From: Phoronis australis
Taxonomy: Eukaryota; Animalia; Phoronida
Direction of reading: 5' to 3'
Length of the DNA: 64,000 nt
Assembly: GCA_002633005.1 (NCBI GenBank)
Contig: NMRA01000280.1
Location: 202,080-266,079 of the forward strand
In this document: one piece after another, positions 24,901 to 38,814 of the stretch
Layout of the letters: the number at the start of each line of letters is the position of its first letter
How positions within the stretch are numbered: position 1 is the stretch's first letter
Notes under the pieces: generated by a model
What the model was told of the DNA's origin: nothing
Database searches by the model: none
The model's input: the letters and a program-made list of their open reading frames with translations, nothing else
Position numbers and translations under genes: made by a program

Positions 24901-26469
24901 TTAGTCATTTTGTAATATTTATAATGTATTAAGTTAAAACTACTCTTCATAGTTGCAGGCTATTACTCTGCAAATGTCAGAGAAAACCAAATTGGAGTCA
25001 CTAACAACAACCATTGTTGAGACAATAATGCTAGCAATATTACCTCTCCACTTCATTAGCTCAGATCTACTTCAATACAAAGGGTGTGCTGAATAGGCAT
25101 CGTAACAGTTGTCTGGGGCTTAGGGAATCGGAGCGGTCACCAGTGTAAGCGAGAAATTCTCCACATGATGTACTCGAGCCTAGAATGTCACTTGAGTTCC
25201 CACAAAAGTAGAACAGAAAATGTCAAAAGTAATTTCGATTTAAAAATTAAACCCCGCGCCCTAGTCTCAAAATCTAAGTCCCTGCAGACAGTTATGGGAT
25301 TCTAACGGTACAGGACCGATATTTTGTTCTTTCTTTCGCGTCGGTTCCATTACGTTCAACCTCGGGGTTCATCGCAATTTCCAGAAACCCCGTTCGTTTC
25401 CGACAAATGCTGGTCTGCATTTACTGGATCTCTGTCTGCGGTTATTAAGTTTTCTTAGATTTTCACGAAACTCTCCGGGGGGTGTATTAACAGGAATTCC
25501 AACTAAGTTGGATGTTCGGTGTCAGTCAACTAAAATCTGTGTAATTTAAAATTTATATACAAGACTTCCAATGTCAAAGGTGTGTTGTTAGACCGTCACA
25601 CATTCATTTCTATAATCAGTGAGCTTTTGTTGTCGTGATTTGGTTTTTTGGTGTGTTGTCAGCAGATAACTACAAAATGTGGTTAATGAAGACGTTCCGA
25701 TTACCGTTCTCAGTGCTGTTGTGGATATCCGATCTGTTTGTACACGCCAGGACGGCTTCATTACATCCAATTTCGCCCTTCGTATGATTGTTTATTAAAT
25801 TTCTCTATGAGCATTGGGGCGATTTGTGTGTAACCGAAGATAAATCTTTCTAGAAATAACCAACGGTGAGACTCCGTGTGTGTTTGTCTGGGGGTTGTAT
25901 ATTAGCTCCAGGGCCCGGGTTTACACCATGATACTAGAATAAAGGCTAAAATTTCTTCGAGTCTGATCTCGAAATTTCAAGTAGAACAGAAAATGTCAAA
26001 AATATTTTCCATTTCGAATACACAGAGTTTGACCCCAGTCCCAGGCCCCCAGCAGACGGTCCTCTTACAAGTACGATTCTCATCGGCACACTTATACAGC
26101 CCGGAGATGCTTGCCGAAAATATCACATCAAGGTTGAACCACTCGGTTCGTTTCTTTTGTATGTAGTGAAAGTTTTATGAAATTTTCTCAGTATCCGTCC
26201 ATACCAAGTAAAATCAATAGCTATAATCCATTTTAAAGCGGCTACATTTCCACGTTCCGTCCAAGAAATGAACTTTTGATGTAGACCACTTACAAATATA
26301 AAATTGGACGCAACTTGTTCCTTACTCAGATGAGAACTGATTTGTGAGTTGGCAAATGCAAGGAAGTGAAAGTTCGTTGTTTCTTCAGACCATGTGTGGC
26401 GCATCAAAATATCACGCGGTTCAGTGGTCGCACAAGTCAATATAAAATGTAGGACCTTGTTGATAAGTA

Positions 26470-26960
26470 TGTGTATTTAGCAAACTGTAGATTTTAACTC
26501 GATAAAAGTATGTAGGCCTACTTTCTGGAAGTAAAACGTCTGTAGAATTGTGTATTTTTCACTTTTTGCCAATCTGCCACGAATTGAATCACGTGATCTT
26601 ATGTTTTAGCAAAATTTAGCAAACAAAAATTACAAAAAGTTACATTCACAGCACAATAATGGTAGCAATAACAATGCCAAATTTTGTTCGATACATGTGT
26701 CCAAGGTGAAATCTCAAAAAGATGTTACAGTTTTCTAAATTATTTCGTTTTCGTTTCATGCAACTTTTGATTTTTCCCGCAAGTCATAAAAGTTCTATTT
26801 TTGAACATCTCTCACGCAAAGGTGGAACTATTAAAAAACGATTTATAGTATAACAGTATTTTGGCGAACAGTGTATAAACCCTAGTATCTGAAAGGTTCA
26901 TGTGAATCCCTCACGCCATTTCGGATGTGATGTTGGGCATTTTTCTAAGGTTCTGAAAAA
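26470..26960 (+). repeat. Interspersed repeat; related copies at ~36610-37095 and ~54600-54745
   Basis: Shared blocks ATCACGTGA(T/C)CTTA, AAGTTCTATTTTTGA and CAGTGTATAAA...GAAAG(G/T)TTCAT(G/A)TGAATCC. Confidence 0.55.
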
Positions 26961-28191
26961 TCTTAAGAGCTGGGTTTCGAGCATTGACGAACTCGGTTCT
27001 TTCGCAGCTTTGAAATCATCGCCAATTTGACTAAGGAACAAATTTGAAACCATGCAATTTGATAACAATCATAAGTTGGTTTTTGTGATGGAAGGCGGAT
27101 TTGTTACTTGTTTAAGTTATACCCCATATCTTAGAGCCCACAATAGGATATGAATTGGCTACGAAAACTGCCGCCAGTTATGACACAGTTCTTTATGTTA
27201 AATTCAACGGAATGATGGAGTGATGTACTAAATGTTTGTTCAGAATGGATATGTAAGGGTGATGAACATTGTATGCTAATGAAGATTATTGTTCCTGTTC
27301 TTGTTCTTGTTCTTCTTATTATTAGTGCTGAAATAATGACCGTGAGTCTCTCACACATAATGTGCGAATGGCGCTGTTTTGTGTTGTTTTTTTGTTCTCA
27401 AATGATACATCTTGATAAGACTGTTCATAATATAATTTAGACAATGTGTATTCCGGAATTCATGATCCGCCCTTGTCACCTTATGGATCACTTCAAAAGA
27501 ACCCGGGGATAGACAGTGCGTTGCCGAGTCGGGTTCTGCAACTCTGCTGGAGTGTATTCTGTTGCTTAAGTTCCATTACACCCTTCCAAAGCTGGTAATT
27601 GTTCGTATGTGGAATGACTTGTCAATGCCCCGGACAAATCCTTTATGAAGTTCAATGTGCGCAGTGTATTATCGTTACGGCCAATCTAATAAATGGTTTA
27701 TTTACCAACATTTGTTTTGTATACAAAAAGAACCTGGCCCGTTTCCCGGGAGTCGAGTTCTGGCGCGTGAAGAAATCTTAACCAAATACCGTGGCTGATA
27801 AGCAGCGTTGAGAGTGACTTGTGCTTTTCGTGACTTGGCCTTGGTTCAGTTGTCATCGAATTCGTATCAATTCAACCTCAGGTGCAACTTAGACAGCCAG
27901 GCTAAGCGAGAGGCTTTCAGGCAACCAGCAAATCTGCGTTCACCTCGAGGTTCGCCTAATCCACTGAGCAATTCGAAGCAGCCGTTCTGAGTATCGGAAT
28001 ATTAACCCGATTCTATATTTGTAACTCGTTCAAGTACTGAAAGGCGTTCGTCGGTGGAGTGGAAGATATTCGCTGTTTGCCGAACAGCATTGAATCGTCG
28101 AAAGCACTGGTTTATAAACCGAGAGACTTTCAGCAAGCAGTTGTGAAGTGACGTTTGGTTATATAGACAAACTTTTCCTGGATTCGCTACT

Positions 28192-28719
28192 ATGTCTCAG
28201 TCGTCGCCGTTCACGTTGACCCCTATAGAAGCGTCAAAGATCGTCAATAACCGCAGTGATACTTCTTTACAACTTGACCTGAACGATTCGGGAACATTTC
28301 TTGCTCTACCAGATGATAACGAGGTTCAAAGTTGTTACATGATACAACTGAAATTAACACCTGTATACGGAAACTCAAACATACCCCAAGGTGTACACAA
28401 AAAACTCCCGCGCCTGATCAATGGAATACCGCTTGGAGCCGGCACCATGTCCCAGAGTCAAACCCAGGATATAATATGGCGCTATTTAGAAGGGTCGGAC
28501 AGTATACACACATTTATGTCTTTGCCTATAACTTTAGATGAAGCAGAACAAGCGCGCAGAAGGTTTAAAGACAGTCTTGTTTCCATGGCAAAACATGTAT
28601 TTGGTGACGTCACAGTGAAGGCATCCATCGTGTTATCGCAATGTGTAAATTACGAGCAAGGATTGTTTCTTAATGATATTGCTCAAAATTTTGACGAAGG
28701 TTTACATTTTAGTGACTGA
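28192..28719 (+). CDS. Intronless ORF, 175 aa, unknown function
   Basis: Among the longest non-GPCR, non-LINE ORFs in the window; globular, protein-like composition; TATAAA at 28113-28118 and CpG-rich upstream region; AT-rich downstream region; no family recognised. Confidence 0.6.
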   Translation: MSQSSPFTLTPIEASKIVNNRSDTSLQLDLNDSGTFLALPDDNEVQSCYMIQLKLTPVYGNSNIPQGVHKKLPRLINGIPLGAGTMSQSQTQDIIWRYLEGSDSIHTFMSLPITLDEAEQARRRFKDSLVSMAKHVFGDVTVKASIVLSQCVNYEQGLFLNDIAQNFDEGLHFSD

Positions 28720-29208
28720 GTGAGTCTATATTACAAGATGTATTTTTATCGTGTCTTTATTGTTTTGTGGATTAATTTTCCAGTGTGATAACCATTTCCA
28801 CATAATTGCCATATTGGTGAAAAAAGTTATTTCTAGTTTATCTGTTTCGATTGTGTTATGAGTGTTTTGCTATTTAAATCAAATATTTTTGGAGCTTTTC
28901 CCATAATTTTTCCTTGTATTACGTATCATTTGATGTGCTAGTTTAGCAAAGGACAAACTCCTGTGTGTATCTTAAAGATTCCTTTTGCGGACTTACGTAA
29001 TATACTCTGGACACCTGCGTCTTGTTCAATTTCATTTCTATTCGACATTTCGTGTATATACTTAAAATACCGCGAGGATTCTTAAAGCGGTTATAAACAC
29101 CCCTTGCATCACAAAACCAACTTCTGATTTAAATCACTTACCGTTGTGAAATTGGTCTCAAATTTTCCATTAGTCAAATTGATGGGACTTTAGGGCTTCA
29201 AAAGAACT

Positions 29209-29349
29209 GCCTCACGTTCAGTAACGCTAGGACCTCGCTAAAAGGCAAGACTTCGCGAGATTACGTGAGATATTGCCATGCATTTTAATTGAGAACACGT
29301 GACTTTGACTAGGTTTTAGCTAGGTCCTAGCGTCTACTGAACGCACGTC
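29209..29349. mobile_element. ~140-bp MITE; second copy inverted at 59541-59693
   Basis: TIR core CGTTCAGTA(G)ACGCTAGGACCT; the interior is almost identical between the two copies. Confidence 0.75.
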
Positions 29350-31401
29350 TGGTATTAGTTCGTTATTGCTCGAGATCAGACGCTTGAAGTTGTCTTGTCA
29401 CGGCGGGTAATTTGATACGAACAAATACCCAACTGTCATTTTTGCACAATCGAAAATTACTTGTCATCAGCGAAAAGAACAATTAAGTTGAGACCTGCAT
29501 TATGTCGGCGAATCATCTAATCCAAAGTTCGCTTCTTGGACGGAACTCTTTCGATATATATTGTTGTCAAATTTCGCGCACATGCACGAGTCTCTCTCTG
29601 CACGGATTAGATCTGAATAACCTTGAAATCGATATGATTACGGACTTTCATTGAGCACTCTGAAAATTCACTTCTCCTGATAAATATTAATTTGTCTAAT
29701 AAGCTTTGTTGGCTACTACCTGTTTAAATGTATGTTCTGTTAAGTATATTGTCTAGCCAAATTGACATTCTGACTTTGAATTGTTGTGCAAGTTACATAT
29801 ATATGTACACAGTCTGGAGTTTCCCATAAGCATTCGTATGTAGAGATATTAGTTTAGAGCTTCACCGATTGCTTCAGTTTATTCCTAACACGGTCCATTT
29901 CAAATCTCTGCCGTGCAGGCACTGTCGACGTCAGATGTGATTACCTACTAGCCCCAGGTCTATGCGCAAAGCAGGCGAGTCAGCTAGGAATCAAATGCCT
30001 GTTACATGGAAGTATTTGTTGATTAGTGCATGATTTAGATTGAAAGTTTTTTAATTTGTAAAGGCCTGTTTCAGTTGACCAGCCCTTTATAAACTGAGGT
30101 TGAACGCTCTGTCAGACAAATTGCCCAGTTTATAACTAGGAAGTCTGGTGTGGATATAAATCGTTGATGTTGTTATAAGGCCAACATATCTGAGCCCGTG
30201 TTTGCGAAGCTGTTTGAGAAGCACCTGTAACAAGATGTTTGCCTGGGAATAATCAGGTTCAAAATATAGATGAGTAGTGTCTTGGCGGAAACCAAAGAGC
30301 GGCTCAGTCTGAGTGCCTGGGCCGTAACCTGAACGAAATATTATTTTAGGCCAAAAACATGATTCCGGTCCTGGTCGGTGTTTTTTTTTTGGAAAATTAC
30401 GTGGTATTTTTAGTTGATTATTTTTGAGAAAACGGAATTCAACCTCGAACGAGCAGAATTGATGCGAGATATTTTTTACTCATCGCTTGGCAAATCATGG
30501 CGTTTCAAACCTTGCTTACCCTTGGTTACGTGCTTTGTTTAACACGAGAGTCGGCATCTTGGCTGGCATTGATGCGGATAACTTAAAGAAATATAATTTT
30601 TGTGGTCGAAAAACGCAACTTTGGGATTTTTTTAGTAAAATAGACTTTTTAAAGTAATTAGCTTTGATCAGAGCTATAAAACATTAAAATCCGGACGCTT
30701 TTGTTATTTTATTACCAATTCTCGCCGTTGTCAGCCAGACATTCACTGTAGTCAAGGCCACTGTCTACGATTTAAATACGCTTAACATACTCCCCTACTA
30801 ACGTGTGTGATTTGATTGAGCGGTTGGCTATTCGACTGGAGAGTTATGGGTATCGAATCCGCGCTGCTGCGAATTTCTGTTAATGTTGCTTTTCTCGACG
30901 TGATTGTCTATAAAATAGGATCACCTGTTGAGCGAAATGTGCTCTTCCGTGCTCGCGGCTCAGCAGAAACGTGATTTTTTCATAACCAGTTTCCCTACGG
31001 ACGAAATTCCCTGCAAAACGGTTCACTTTGAGGATTCAAAACTCCATAAACGAGTTCTTTTTTCCAACTACACAAGACAAAAGGGTTTCTATTAATATTA
31101 ATATAAATATTTTGAAAACTCTTTACAAATGGCATACTCAACACGGCAACTCTTCCTGTATTGTTTCGGGAAAAGTCTTAAAAACACTTTGTAAAAAAAT
31201 AAATCAATTTATTTCACCAATTTAAAATGACATTAATCCCAAACCAAATTTATGAAATCTAATCGTGTTTCAGGCCATGATGTATTAAAAAATTCACCTG
31301 TCTACAATATGGTTATGAATTAGACCCAACGAAAGGGCGATGCTTTTGTACCAAACTCCTACGAAAGGGCGACCTTTTCATCAAACCCAGTGTTCACTCT
31401 C

Positions 31402-31651
31402 CATAGGCGGATTTAGGAGGGGGNGCTGCCGTAAGCAAAAATGGAACAGCAAGAGCAACTAGGACGCGGAGAAGGGGTGCCCCAGATCGCGGCGCTCCCC
31501 CTTTTTTTAGTCCACTGGTAGATTTTCCGAACAGATAGTTCACATACCCGGCTCCCGCAACTTCGGGCCTGTGCTGCACATACAATCGCACTTTGCCCGA
31601 TTCCCCGAGACAACATGTTGCCCCCCTTATGGTATCCTAGATCCGCCACTG
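31402..31651. mobile_element. hAT-like MITE remnant
   Basis: Right end reads CAGTGGCGGATCTAGGA on -; degenerate left end CATAGGCGGATTTAGGA; no TSD recovered; contains an N. Confidence 0.4.
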
Positions 31652-32639
31652 TTCTCTAAGTGGGTGGGTATCCTAATTTTCGTGTTGCCCATAGCGGTAA
31701 ATAATGTAGCCGTGTACTCCGCCCCCACACCGGACGTTTTAGAATACAAATATTTTAAAATGTTTTTAAATGAGGCGGCAATAAGTGAACACATTTGTGT
31801 TGTCTGTAGCAAACAATGTCTTGCGAAAATTATAAAGATATGTCTCGGCTGAGAAGACAAAGCGTTTTCCAGGAATTCAAACTATGTTTGTCTTTTATTG
31901 GATATAAATAATATCTGCTGAATGTGCAAACATTCATGGTAGACCTTCTTTAAATAATATTTTGCTTTAAGTTTCGTCTACCATATAGGCCTCGTTATCA
32001 CCTGGTAGCTTTCCTTGAAGGTTTTGAATGTGTTCTTCTGCTCCGGGGGATATGAGTTTAATCCATAGCCTTAATAGAAAGAAAACGAACGGAGTTTCAT
32101 GGATAAGATCCATACTCACATTAGACAGTGACCACCGTCTCTAGCTGGCCCAGTAGCTAAACGATGTTCACTGTCACGCGCTAATGTATACTACTGAGGT
32201 CAGATTCCCGTGTACGTATTGCAATTAATCGCAATGGTAACGAGTTAAAAATATGAAAATACCCTTTTGAGATGAAAAGGAAACGCCGAATGATGTTTCT
32301 AGGTAATTTGTTATACCATTTCACTGAAGATTCCGTGCGTTCTTTTGTTATATGACCCGGTGTTCTTTACAAGAAATAGATAGAAGCTCTGACACGTATG
32401 GTGTCGATGTGCATTTATAATTGCCACTAAACTACACATGGCAACAGTACAATTAGAAATTAAAGCATTTTTATTAAATCCAGCGTCTTTTTTGTCTTGC
32501 GTCGTTTACACCACTCCTTCCAAATGTACATGAGGCAAGTAAGCTGGCAATCTGCCACCGAAGCATACCACCCCCCCCCGTTGGCTTCGTCGCGTGCGGA
32601 AATCGAACTCGCTAGAAGTTGCTCGGATGAACTTAAAGT

Positions 32640-33045
32640 AATGATAATTACATTTGAGTGCTATCATCTAAACACTAAACATACGAAATCAATAGGAAAA
32701 TACAATTTAAAATTGCAAGATTAGAACAAGTGCACATAGAATAAGATCGATACGGAAAAAAGGAACTACAATTGAACATTGAATAACTAAAATGGAAATT
32801 TTCATGGATTAAGAATAGATGTGAAAGGAATATTTACCCGAGAGAACAATTTATTAGACATTGCTGCAGATAAGCTAGTCTGAAAAGATTAGTCTTGAGA
32901 GATGATCTAAATGATAAGATCGTGAGGAACGGATCGCCTGAAAGCATTCCGCGCCCGACAGGGAAAACCTCTGTCACTAAATGTCCTTCTTTTGCTTCGT
33001 GGAATGGTAAGAATGCCAACGTCGGAACGATTTATAGAATAAGGA
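32640..33045 (-). mobile_element. L2-type LINE 3' fragment
   Basis: Minus-strand remnants ..RSDVGILTIPRSKRRTFSDRGF.. and ..SFRSSLKTNLFRLAY, typical of the L2 ORF2 C-terminus. Confidence 0.6.
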
Positions 33046-34177
33046 GTTCATCATTCGGCAAAGCAGTATAGTGGTGGTCTTAAAGCGGCATCAAACCTTC
33101 TGTCAAAAACCCCAAGTTTTGATTTAGGCAACTCAGGCTACCTTTATAAAACTGACATTGTCATGTTCATTACTCTGTTGTTTAATGGCATGTGGCCTAA
33201 ATCACTGGAAAGTACGGGCTTGCTGCCTTTCTAAAATGGCTGTGGCGATTTTAAAAGAAATCCTCATCAAATCAACGCAATGCCTGCTCCTTGCTGAAGC
33301 CGAAGTAAGTCCCCATGTGGTTAAGATTTCTCAGGGCTCTGCTCTGGATCATCTGTGCTCTCATAATGACATATTACATCGTACGTAACGCCACTTTTTT
33401 CTAAACTCAAAGTTTTGAGATAAAAAACGAACCATTAATCATCGTAGTGTACTCGAACATTTTTGATGTGCGGCTGTGCTGCTGGAAATTTGGCACTCGA
33501 GTCCGGGATGGACAGGAAAAGGGGACCCATTTTTGAGAGAGCTTCTCCGTATAGTTTTCTTTCAATGACTTTCTTTGTTCTACAGCTTGCAAAGTTATAC
33601 ATTTTGTAGAGCATAAACTTACCCACGGTCCGATCGTCAAGTTCGTATGTCCGTTCGATGGGTTATCCTATGATTTCTCTCCATGCATATCATCCTCCAA
33701 TATTGTAGATCGCTCACTTTTTACAGTGTTCTATTTGAATCTGCTTTTCGTCCTACGTTTGACTGACTAAAACTAAAAATCTAATTAGCTCTTTATTCGC
33801 ATAAAATTGGTCTCAAAATATTCGTTGCTATGGTAGGGTATTCTGTATCCGTTACTAGCATCGAAACAATTAGCGATTCAAAAAAAAAAAACGCTCGAGC
33901 TTTGGGCAGGCCAACCCGGCGAATATTTCGGAATGGTTGCATGTGGCCATTGTCTGTGTTGACTTGAGTTGGTAAAGGAACTTGGAATCGTACTAGACCT
34001 ACAGCAAGGTATATTATGAGACCGATTTCGTTATATCAGTAAATTGCCCGCTGAACAAGGCAGAATGCAAATTTCATCGAAGATTTATTCAAAGTCTTTT
34101 TGATCTTTTGGCTCCTGGCGTTACGACCGACGATTGAATCTCTGGCTGCTTCATTTCTGTGCCTTCCGCGGCAAACG

Positions 34178-35158
34178 TCACGAACCACCACTGTCCGCGG
34201 GGCGCTTTCCGCACGTGATGGCAGTAACGTAAGCATCCCTGAACGATTTCTGCACAATAACGTACACTATGGGGTTGACGCAGCTCCCCACCCAAATCAG
34301 GGCTGAAAACGACATATAGATCTCCGCGCTCAAGCAGTTATTTTTGTCGATAAGATTCAGTACACAAAATGGCCCGTAACAAACCCAATACACTGCAAAT
34401 ATTGTAATGAACATTCTGGCCAGTTGGCGGTCGCGTTTAGAGTCTTTGTTTGTTGAGCTGCTGTTTTCGGAATTTACGCGCCTCATGCTGGCCCTTGCTT
34501 CGTGTACGATTCGAGCGTAGCAGAAAATTATGACTAAACAAGGCAATAATATGCCTGTAGCCACCATTGAGTTGTAAAGAGTAGTGTTGGTCGCTTTCGA
34601 GATGGTGCATCGTGACAGTTTGGGTGAAAATTCAATTGTTGTTAGATCCAGTACAGCTATGAACATTGGCATAAATAGTGGTGAAACAAGACCGTAGGCT
34701 GCTAATATTCCTACCACAGTCTTGCTCTTGAGAAAAGGTTTGTTGGTATGAACTACTGCCATGTATCTGAAAATTGCCAATGCTGATATTAGAAACAACG
34801 ATGCTCCGACGAGGTAAAATGACAGGTAACTAGTCAATATGCACCAAGCATGAGAAAATGTCCATTTCTGGGAAACGTAAGAACTCATGTAAGTCGGAAC
34901 TAGAAACACGGTGTAGCATAGGTCCGAAGCGCATATTAGCACAACGAATACATTGCTTTTATTCCGCAAACTTTTTACTCGTAATATGGTGAATATAGTA
35001 AACACGTTACCGAAGTAGCCCGTTACGAGAAACATGCTTCCAACCACCACCAGGCCTGTTATCAATTCTTCCTGTGGCCCTACATCGTCTGGATATGACG
35101 TCCAGTCGTCATGACAAGAATCATTTATGTTAGTTTCATTCATTCTCAAAGTCTCCAT
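34178..35158 (-). CDS. Class A (rhodopsin-like) GPCR, 326 aa, moody/Tre1/GPR84/melatonin-receptor-like, intronless CDS
   Basis: 7 hydrophobic segments; GN in TM1, SDL in TM2, W..S.AWC, FRY at TM3, CY in TM5, CYGP in TM6, NPIVY in TM7; N-terminal N-glycosylation sequons; in-frame stop upstream of the ATG. Confidence 0.93.
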   Translation of the reverse strand: METLRMNETNINDSCHDDWTSYPDDVGPQEELITGLVVVGSMFLVTGYFGNVFTIFTILRVKSLRNKSNVFVVLICASDLCYTVFLVPTYMSSYVSQKWTFSHAWCILTSYLSFYLVGASLFLISALAIFRYMAVVHTNKPFLKSKTVVGILAAYGLVSPLFMPMFIAVLDLTTIEFSPKLSRCTISKATNTTLYNSMVATGILLPCLVIIFCYARIVHEARASMRRVNSENSSSTNKDSKRDRQLARMFITIFAVYWVCYGPFCVLNLIDKNNCLSAEIYMSFSALIWVGSCVNPIVYVIVQKSFRDAYVTAITCGKRPADSGGS

Positions 35159-38100
35159 CGGTAACCTTCACGTTATAATGAATGCATCATTGTTACTATC
35201 GGATTTGTATTACCATCTAGATTTCACAAAAAAATGTCTTGAGTCCTCTTGACATCGAAATCCCTCCATTTATTGCCGACGGCGATTACACGGTATTACT
35301 TTCAAGAAAACTCACAAGTACGTCTTCGCAGGCTGACAAAACGATGCATGTGGCGTGTTTTGTGTGACGTTTGCGCTTTCATCTGATACCTGCAATCAAC
35401 GTGATTGTACTCAGGTGCGCATGCCTCGATTGTATTGATCTGCTTATGGTTGAAAGGTGCACAGTCGTGTACTTCTATAAAATAAAAACGGCCAAGTTTT
35501 CGCAATCACTGAAGTACTAGCGATTGCTCTGATAATGACTAATTTTGAAACCGCTATTTTTCTGGTTTGAATGTTTTTAAAACAGTGTTAAAATGGGTGA
35601 ATTGGTTGAACCACGCGATTTTTCTTTTTTTGTCTATTGTATTTGAAATAATTCATACTCAGCTGTAGTTTTATCAGTGGCGNTGGGGACAACATTTTGT
35701 CTCAGGTAATTGAGCAAAGCACGATTGCATGCGCACACCAGCATGAAAGATAGGGGGCTCGAATTTTTGGACCTTCTAGCCCTTGTACTAAAAAACAGAC
35801 GGAGGACTGAAAAACGGGAAAACGATTGCGCGGGTCCTCTGAGTCTTCTTAACACATTCTCCGATGAACAGAAAACATCAAATATGCAAAAAGTGGCCAG
35901 CACCCTTATTTCACGCCTTGAAACCTTGGCGTCATGCGACGTCAATGTGCTTGAGGTACACTATTTTCTGGGGGTACACAATTTCATAAGTTTGCCTTGA
36001 TCACTGTCCACAAAACCGCGCATGCGTGCGGGTCACTTCAGGTAAAGAATCTGCTTCAGGAACACAATTTCGCGGGTCTTTTATAGTATTTCACGCGACA
36101 TCTGTTATCCAACTTCGACCATAAATAACAATGGTCCAGTGCGTAAGTGAGCAACATATAGATCTTAGCTTCCTGCGCACGTCAGCAGTTACGCAATTTT
36201 CTTTTCCACACCCATTTGTATAGAAGTCTTACTATCGGGATTAGTTGCACGTTCAGTTCCACACTTTTCACTGAATATTATGTAACTGATTTCCGTACAA
36301 CGCTCATTATCGACAGTTACCGCCCGGTGTACCAAATTAATAAACCAATCTAAAATGTTCAGTTCTAAAAATATATCCATAACTTCTGCAGAGGAAACAG
36401 CTCAGATCACGGTAAGGAATGTTACGAGATCAACTGAAAGTAAAAGGTCTTCACCTAAACGACAAAATACACCTTCAATATTCTTCCGTCAATTGTCGAA
36501 TGTGAGTTTGTATTTTCAATACTGGTCAAAACGTAATTGCTCGACACAAAAACACAATTAGGTGCTAAAGCTATAGTCTCCCGTTAAGTGTCTTATATTA
36601 ATGTACGCCTGTACATTTAGCCAAGTATCTAAAAATTACAGAATTTAACTCAGCAAAAGTACATGTTTCTGAAAGTAGAAATTCCGTAGATATTCAGTTT
36701 TGACTTCATACCGATCTGCTTCTAAGATCACGTGACCTTAGTTTTTAGGAAAGTTTACCATAACAGAAAGGTACATTCAAAGCAAAACACGATCAATTAC
36801 ATGACCTAATTTCGTATTAAATAATAGTTCAAGATAAAGTCTCCCAACGCTGCTACAGTTGTACAAATTATCGTCTCGCTTTATGGAGCTTTAAAAACGT
36901 TTTTATAGATAATAATGTAAGTTCTATTTTTGATAGCTCCTTATTCTAAAGTTGAACATTTTAAAAATAATTCCCAACAGCGTTTTGGAGACCAGTGTAT
37001 AAAGTATATCTGAAAGTTTCATATGAATCCGCCGAGCCTCCTCAGAGATACGACATTCCGAAGTTGGCCAAAAATTGAAATTTTCTAAAGTCCCACATAA
37101 CCATGAACTTGTGTATGGAAAAGTGTGTCAGTTTTGTTGCTATCCTTACATTACGAGGTTTTTGCAAGGTTGAAGTACCAGTTGTAAGCGCATGGCGCTT
37201 ATGTCCATAGAACAACACCTATCGTGCACATAGCAGGCAAGTATGGATGTATCCAGTACTCAATTAGTGAGCACTTCATATGGCTGCATGTACAAAGTTT
37301 CAGATGTTTCATTAGAGGTCGAATTCTTATAACAGCGTCTGAAATTACATATCGATACCTCGCAACAGCCACGCGACCGACTTACATAAGGCTTCATTGG
37401 AATAATGCAGGGCCTTTGAGCTGTCATAAGTTAACTAATACAAGTTTAAAAGATTCCAGGAAGTCCAATTAATCCCTTACCAACCAGAGGTTACCAGGAC
37501 CTATTCCACAAAGGCGAGCATAAATTGTGGGATTAGGTGAATGACTCAGGGTGCACCTGAAAACATCAACTGCACTCGTTTCAAATGATTTTATTTCCAC
37601 CAAACTAAATTACAGATCATTAATCGAAACTAGTAAATTGTCAAGAACATTCACCAAGTGTAACCTAATCACCTGTCCCTGCTTTCGAATATTGAAAACA
37701 AAGTGACAAATGAATAAAAAATGGTCAGAAAAAACAAATGCTGACATTACATGTCGCTGCTCGAACCAAAAAGGAAGTAGATGTACTTGGATCTGGAATA
37801 AAATGAAAGACTAAAGGCAGACAACGGGAAGACTAGTACATTGTTGTCTGCTAATACGGTGGTAGGTTGGCACACATGATTACAAAAACATGCAAAATAA
37901 CTCGGTTAATGCAATTTCCACGCCGGCGTTGCACTAAAGAGAAAAACTTGTTACAAAAATAATGTTAGTTCACAATAACTGCACAAAGCATTGCCTTCAA
38001 GCAATTGGATTTCTGATGCATTGTCCATAACCAGTTACTCTAGGTTAATCATTTTACATGGCGCTTTTTCTAAACTGTCTTCTTTACCAATGACTGAGCA

Positions 38101-38814
38101 ACGCCAGCTGAGGATTTATACAACCGTAAATCAAATGATACTGGCAACTGAAACATACTAAAGAATGGAGATTGAATTTTATGCAAATGATGTTCAAGCT
38201 ACTCCTCACACAAAATGACAGGCACACACGACTAGATGACAATTCTGATGGGCAGAACATGGGCCTTTCTAATGTTATGATGTTGAGAGATTTGTCTAAA
38301 TGCATTCATGACTCTGAATCGGATGACTTAGATATGACACACGCGAAAACGAATGTTCTCATCACTTGTTAAAACTAAAAAAAATTATGAATTGCAAATA
38401 AGTTACAGAAGAAACAAAACATGTTTGTTCATTACTTTACAATTAACAACCAAAAAACTTGGGTACAATAATTGACCTATCGCCTGGATTTTGAGTGACG
38501 GCTTAACTGATCATTTAGAACTAATCATCACACCTTCATTTCCAAGCCCCATTTTACCCGACAAGCAACACATTGCCGGGTAACACTTATTGTTTATTAG
38601 ACGACATTATGCAAGGGGGCGGAGCTTGCGATAGTTCAACTGACATGAGAGAAGCATGTTGGAAGGACACAGTTGGAAAACACTCTGCAGGTCACTGACA
38701 TGCAGTTCAGTCACAACGAGATACAATATGATCTGAAAATGTACGCTTTCTACAAGTATGGGTACCAAGAGTCATATTACATTAAACACACAGAGCTTAA
38801 TGATCAGTCATTGG

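Noticed and set aside
30800-30870. tRNA-like B box (also ~32140-32215 and ~57810-57845)
   Set aside because: No cloverleaf or clear A box; at most decayed SINEs, so no tRNA gene is called
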